From: Setoptus koraiensis
Lineage: Eukaryota; Animalia; Arthropoda
Direction: 5' to 3'
NCBI GenBank assembly: GCA_048013815.1
Contig: CM106585.1
Span: forward strand, 7,998,001-8,062,000
DNA: 64,000 nucleotides
Both the position numbers and the translations under genes were made by a program. Shown here piece by piece: positions 60,889 through 64,000 of the stretch. Position 1 is the first letter of the stretch; each line of letters starts with the position of its first letter. Below the pieces are notes generated by a model. It saw only the letters and a list, made by a program, of their open reading frames with translations. It was not told the DNA's origin and did no database searches.

Positions 60889-63210
60889 ATGAAAACTTTC
60901 ATGGCAGCCATCGATGATAATAATTCATCATCATCGCCATCTGTAACAGTTACTAGTAATGGCTCTAGTAAACTCAGTAATACTAGGAGATCCTCCATAA
61001 GATCATTTGAATCTTATGATAGCGTAGGATCATTTACAAGTTCCTACAACATTGCCAACACAAACCCTTCATCATCATCGTCGTCGTCTCTTGGTGACGC
61101 AACTTCAGCCAATGTTACTTCATCCAACATTAATAACAATTCGACAACAATAACCGGTAATCATAATAGTAATAGTAACAGCAATGGCAGTAGAGCCACC
61201 ACGGTTAGCAGTCATTGTCTCAACGATCAAGATGGAATTAGTTCGACGTCTAGCGTAGGGTTCATTTCAATAAGACATGACGAAAACGCTTATGATTTGC
61301 ATAGCAGAAGAAGCGTTGAAGTTATTAATATTGGAGCAAGAGAAGCAACGACGAATAATAGCGAGAGTTCTAGGAGTCCCTCTAAAAATTCCACCAATCG
61401 CTTCTATAAACTCAACTCTGCTGCTGGTGTCAACAACAAGGCCTCATCTACATTGGCAAGAGCTATGAAGTTAAACCAAAGTTCCTCATCGAAAAGTTCT
61501 CTTCTACCTCAAGAGTCAACGAGCCAACATCAAAATCAAGATAGTGAAAAAATTACACAAACAGCCCTACTGAATGTGGCTGAAATGCTTTTACATGGCG
61601 TTGCCGATAATGAGATAATTAAAACATGGTTATCTAGTATTGGATGCGAAGAATATTCGAAAAATTTCATCGACTCTGGGTATGATATGCCAACGTTATC
61701 GCGTATGACACCACAAGATCTGACAGCTATCGGTATCACTGATCCCACACAAAGAAACAGAATCCAAACTGAGATAAAAAAACTAAATCTCCAAGATGGC
61801 ATACCAGATTTTAAGCCGCCCGATCTTGGCAGTTGGCTCAAACTGCTAAGATTGAATGATATCTACTACAAAACTTTGTGTGATCAACGATATAACACTA
61901 TCGAACAAGTGTGTCAATTGACTTGGGAAGACTTTGAAGAGATCGGTATCCAAAAGTTGGGACACCAAAAACGCCTCCTCTTAGCCATTGAACGTATCAA
62001 AGAAATAGAATCAACATCCAATTGCAAAGTGAATGCTGAACCTATCTATGATACTAGTCCTAACCAGATATTATTGATCAATGGTCGAACTCAGAACCAG
62101 ATGATGCACCATCAGCGCGAGCAAAACCAACAACCACATCATAATTCTAATCATTATGGCGTCTATGATGTTCATACATTGCAAAATTCGTCAGCATATC
62201 AGAAGCCTCAATTGGTAGGGACAACTTCTAATTCATATTCTACCATTGTTCTATCAAGACAACATGGTAAAAATCCGCCACCTGTGCCAGTCAGAACAAA
62301 CTCATTGAGATCTACAACCAGTCCTCTGCTTCCTCGTTCAAATCAAAATAAGTCCAGAGTATATCCCAGGTCTCTGCGATACAAAACCCAATGTGTTTCT
62401 ACTATTAGTGCCAATAATTACGGAACTTTGAATAGGTTCAGGCAACGATATTCAGTTGGTCTCAGTGATAGCAATAGCAATATCGATACTATTTACGACT
62501 CTCGTAGCGACGACTACTACCACAATAATGATAACGATACCAATTCGGATACAAACAGTATCAAGAGCCTACTTATCCCGACGAATAATAACGTCTCACC
62601 TCAAAAGTCTTCATCGCCCAGTGTCACAAGTGTGAATACATACTCTAACAATTTTACAAGCCACCAGAGTCTACCTGCTAACAAGTCTGAACCCATAGAG
62701 AGTCCGCCCACGACGAATAGTTACAACTGTTACAACAACTATGGTCACAGTATGGGAATGAACAATTTGAATAACAATAATAATTTTGTCAGCAGCACTA
62801 GAGGACAGGATGAAGATTTTCCTCCCCCTCCATCGCCCTTACCTCTCATGGACTCCGAGGAAGATGAACAGTCCTTGCAAGCTTTAGATTCGGACCCTTC
62901 GCAGCCTCTACAGTTGAATCATCAGTTTTCTATGATGTCTCTCGCAAATACTCGCCCACCACCTTTGCCAACTGATAATTGTATTCCATACAATGGTTAT
63001 GGCGAGACCGCGTACCCAAGTAATACCACCTCGGAGTTACAACAAAGAGTTCCTCATGCGCAGACATTATCGTTTTCACAAGGGCAAGCCTCTCACTTAA
63101 CACAGTATGGCAACAATCAGGTAGAAGATGACAGAATGATCAACAATCAAGCCTCTGCGTGGGCGTCCATATCACCATTTATCAGTCCTTGGCCGCTTCC
63201 CAGCAATTAA
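60889..63210 (+). CDS. ckn: Caskin-like tandem SAM-domain scaffold, 773-aa single ORF
   Basis: WLSSIGCEEYSKNFIDSGYDMPTLSRMTPQDLTAIGIT and WLKLLRL...TWEDFEEIGIQKLGHQKRLLLAI match Caskin SAM1/SAM2; Ser/Asn-rich flanks and PPVPVR / FPPPPSP motifs. Upstream exons cannot be excluded. Confidence 0.85.
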   Translation: MKTFMAAIDDNNSSSSPSVTVTSNGSSKLSNTRRSSIRSFESYDSVGSFTSSYNIANTNPSSSSSSSLGDATSANVTSSNINNNSTTITGNHNSNSNSNGSRATTVSSHCLNDQDGISSTSSVGFISIRHDENAYDLHSRRSVEVINIGAREATTNNSESSRSPSKNSTNRFYKLNSAAGVNNKASSTLARAMKLNQSSSSKSSLLPQESTSQHQNQDSEKITQTALLNVAEMLLHGVADNEIIKTWLSSIGCEEYSKNFIDSGYDMPTLSRMTPQDLTAIGITDPTQRNRIQTEIKKLNLQDGIPDFKPPDLGSWLKLLRLNDIYYKTLCDQRYNTIEQVCQLTWEDFEEIGIQKLGHQKRLLLAIERIKEIESTSNCKVNAEPIYDTSPNQILLINGRTQNQMMHHQREQNQQPHHNSNHYGVYDVHTLQNSSAYQKPQLVGTTSNSYSTIVLSRQHGKNPPPVPVRTNSLRSTTSPLLPRSNQNKSRVYPRSLRYKTQCVSTISANNYGTLNRFRQRYSVGLSDSNSNIDTIYDSRSDDYYHNNDNDTNSDTNSIKSLLIPTNNNVSPQKSSSPSVTSVNTYSNNFTSHQSLPANKSEPIESPPTTNSYNCYNNYGHSMGMNNLNNNNNFVSSTRGQDEDFPPPPSPLPLMDSEEDEQSLQALDSDPSQPLQLNHQFSMMSLANTRPPPLPTDNCIPYNGYGETAYPSNTTSELQQRVPHAQTLSFSQGQASHLTQYGNNQVEDDRMINNQASAWASISPFISPWPLPSN

Positions 63211-64000
63211 TATACACTAAATTTAAGGACTGTTAAAGAGATGGTCTTAATGCTTTTGTCAGTAATCTTACTTGACTAGCTATTTGGGTCAAGTGGCTAG
63301 GCGTTCTCTTTAAATGTAGAAAGGGTTAAGGTAACATATATTACAGGTTACATGTAATCGAATTGATCTTTCATGCATCCTTGTAGTTTCTGTGCTTTGT
63401 TTGTAAGATGCAGGTATTTATGCAACTATTTCTGCACGCCAATAACTAAGAATGACGATAATGCTCTTGTCATTAGATGAGAAAGTTGGTGTCAAATAAA
63501 CATGTTTCCTCAATTGTTGATGTAAAATTTCTTGTTGTTATTGTCCCAATTGAGTGAGTAACCTTTGATCAGGACCATCAGTAGTTTACCCGACGACATC
63601 GTATACTAGATGTCAAAAAATGACTCCAAGCATTCTCTCTCTCCCTCTCAAATCCACCATTGGCTTACCAACAAACAATTCAGGGTTTTGACATGTTCAA
63701 ACCTTATTGCTACTATGTGTAGTGTTCCAACAGTAATTGTCATATGGACTTTTTAGTGTAGACCTTGAGTTGCTTTATGCACTTTTAATCAAGGAGAAGC
63801 TATCAAGCAAAATCTTGAACACTCAAGGTTAATAGAAATATATACTAGAATATTGTTACCCATTTAGAAAAGAAATATCCTTTTCCATTAACTTTATTTG
63901 TTAGCGTCAGAAAGACCTCTTGCTCTGTCTATAGATTGTTGGAAAGATTTTCCAATGTAAGAATTGATAGAATTCTCATGCCATGTGCTTAATCCATAGA

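Overview
Eukaryotic (animal) DNA from a very compact, intron-poor genome, most likely a small arthropod such as a mite (inference from gene content, Rdl sequence and intronless large genes). The window has three zones. (1) 1-17 kb, gene-dense: COPE (+), a mini Asx whose probable last exon overlaps the RpL28 start (+), NPDC1 (+, 4 exons) and a 7-exon GABA-gated chloride channel Rdl (-) with Gln at the M2 2' insecticide-resistance position. (2) About 17.3-38 kb: no recognisable gene, GC-rich, with dozens of GGGCCC/GGCCCC motifs, short tandem duplications and microsatellites, an intact 329-bp hAT-type MITE (8-bp TSD) and two long hairpins. (3) 38-64 kb, gene-dense: a deleted, inverted JAK pseudogene, snf (U1A/U2B''), ena, lap/PICALM, a truncated Tak1, a second protein-identical inverted COPE copy, Ero1, full-length JAK/hopscotch and a Caskin-like tandem-SAM gene. 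The strongest signal is two interleaved inverted duplications (COPE pair, JAK/pseudo-JAK pair). Each has a perfectly identical core (638 bp and 382 bp) flanked by diverged sequence, suggesting ongoing gene conversion or assembly collapse. All alignments were done by eye; no database searches were run.
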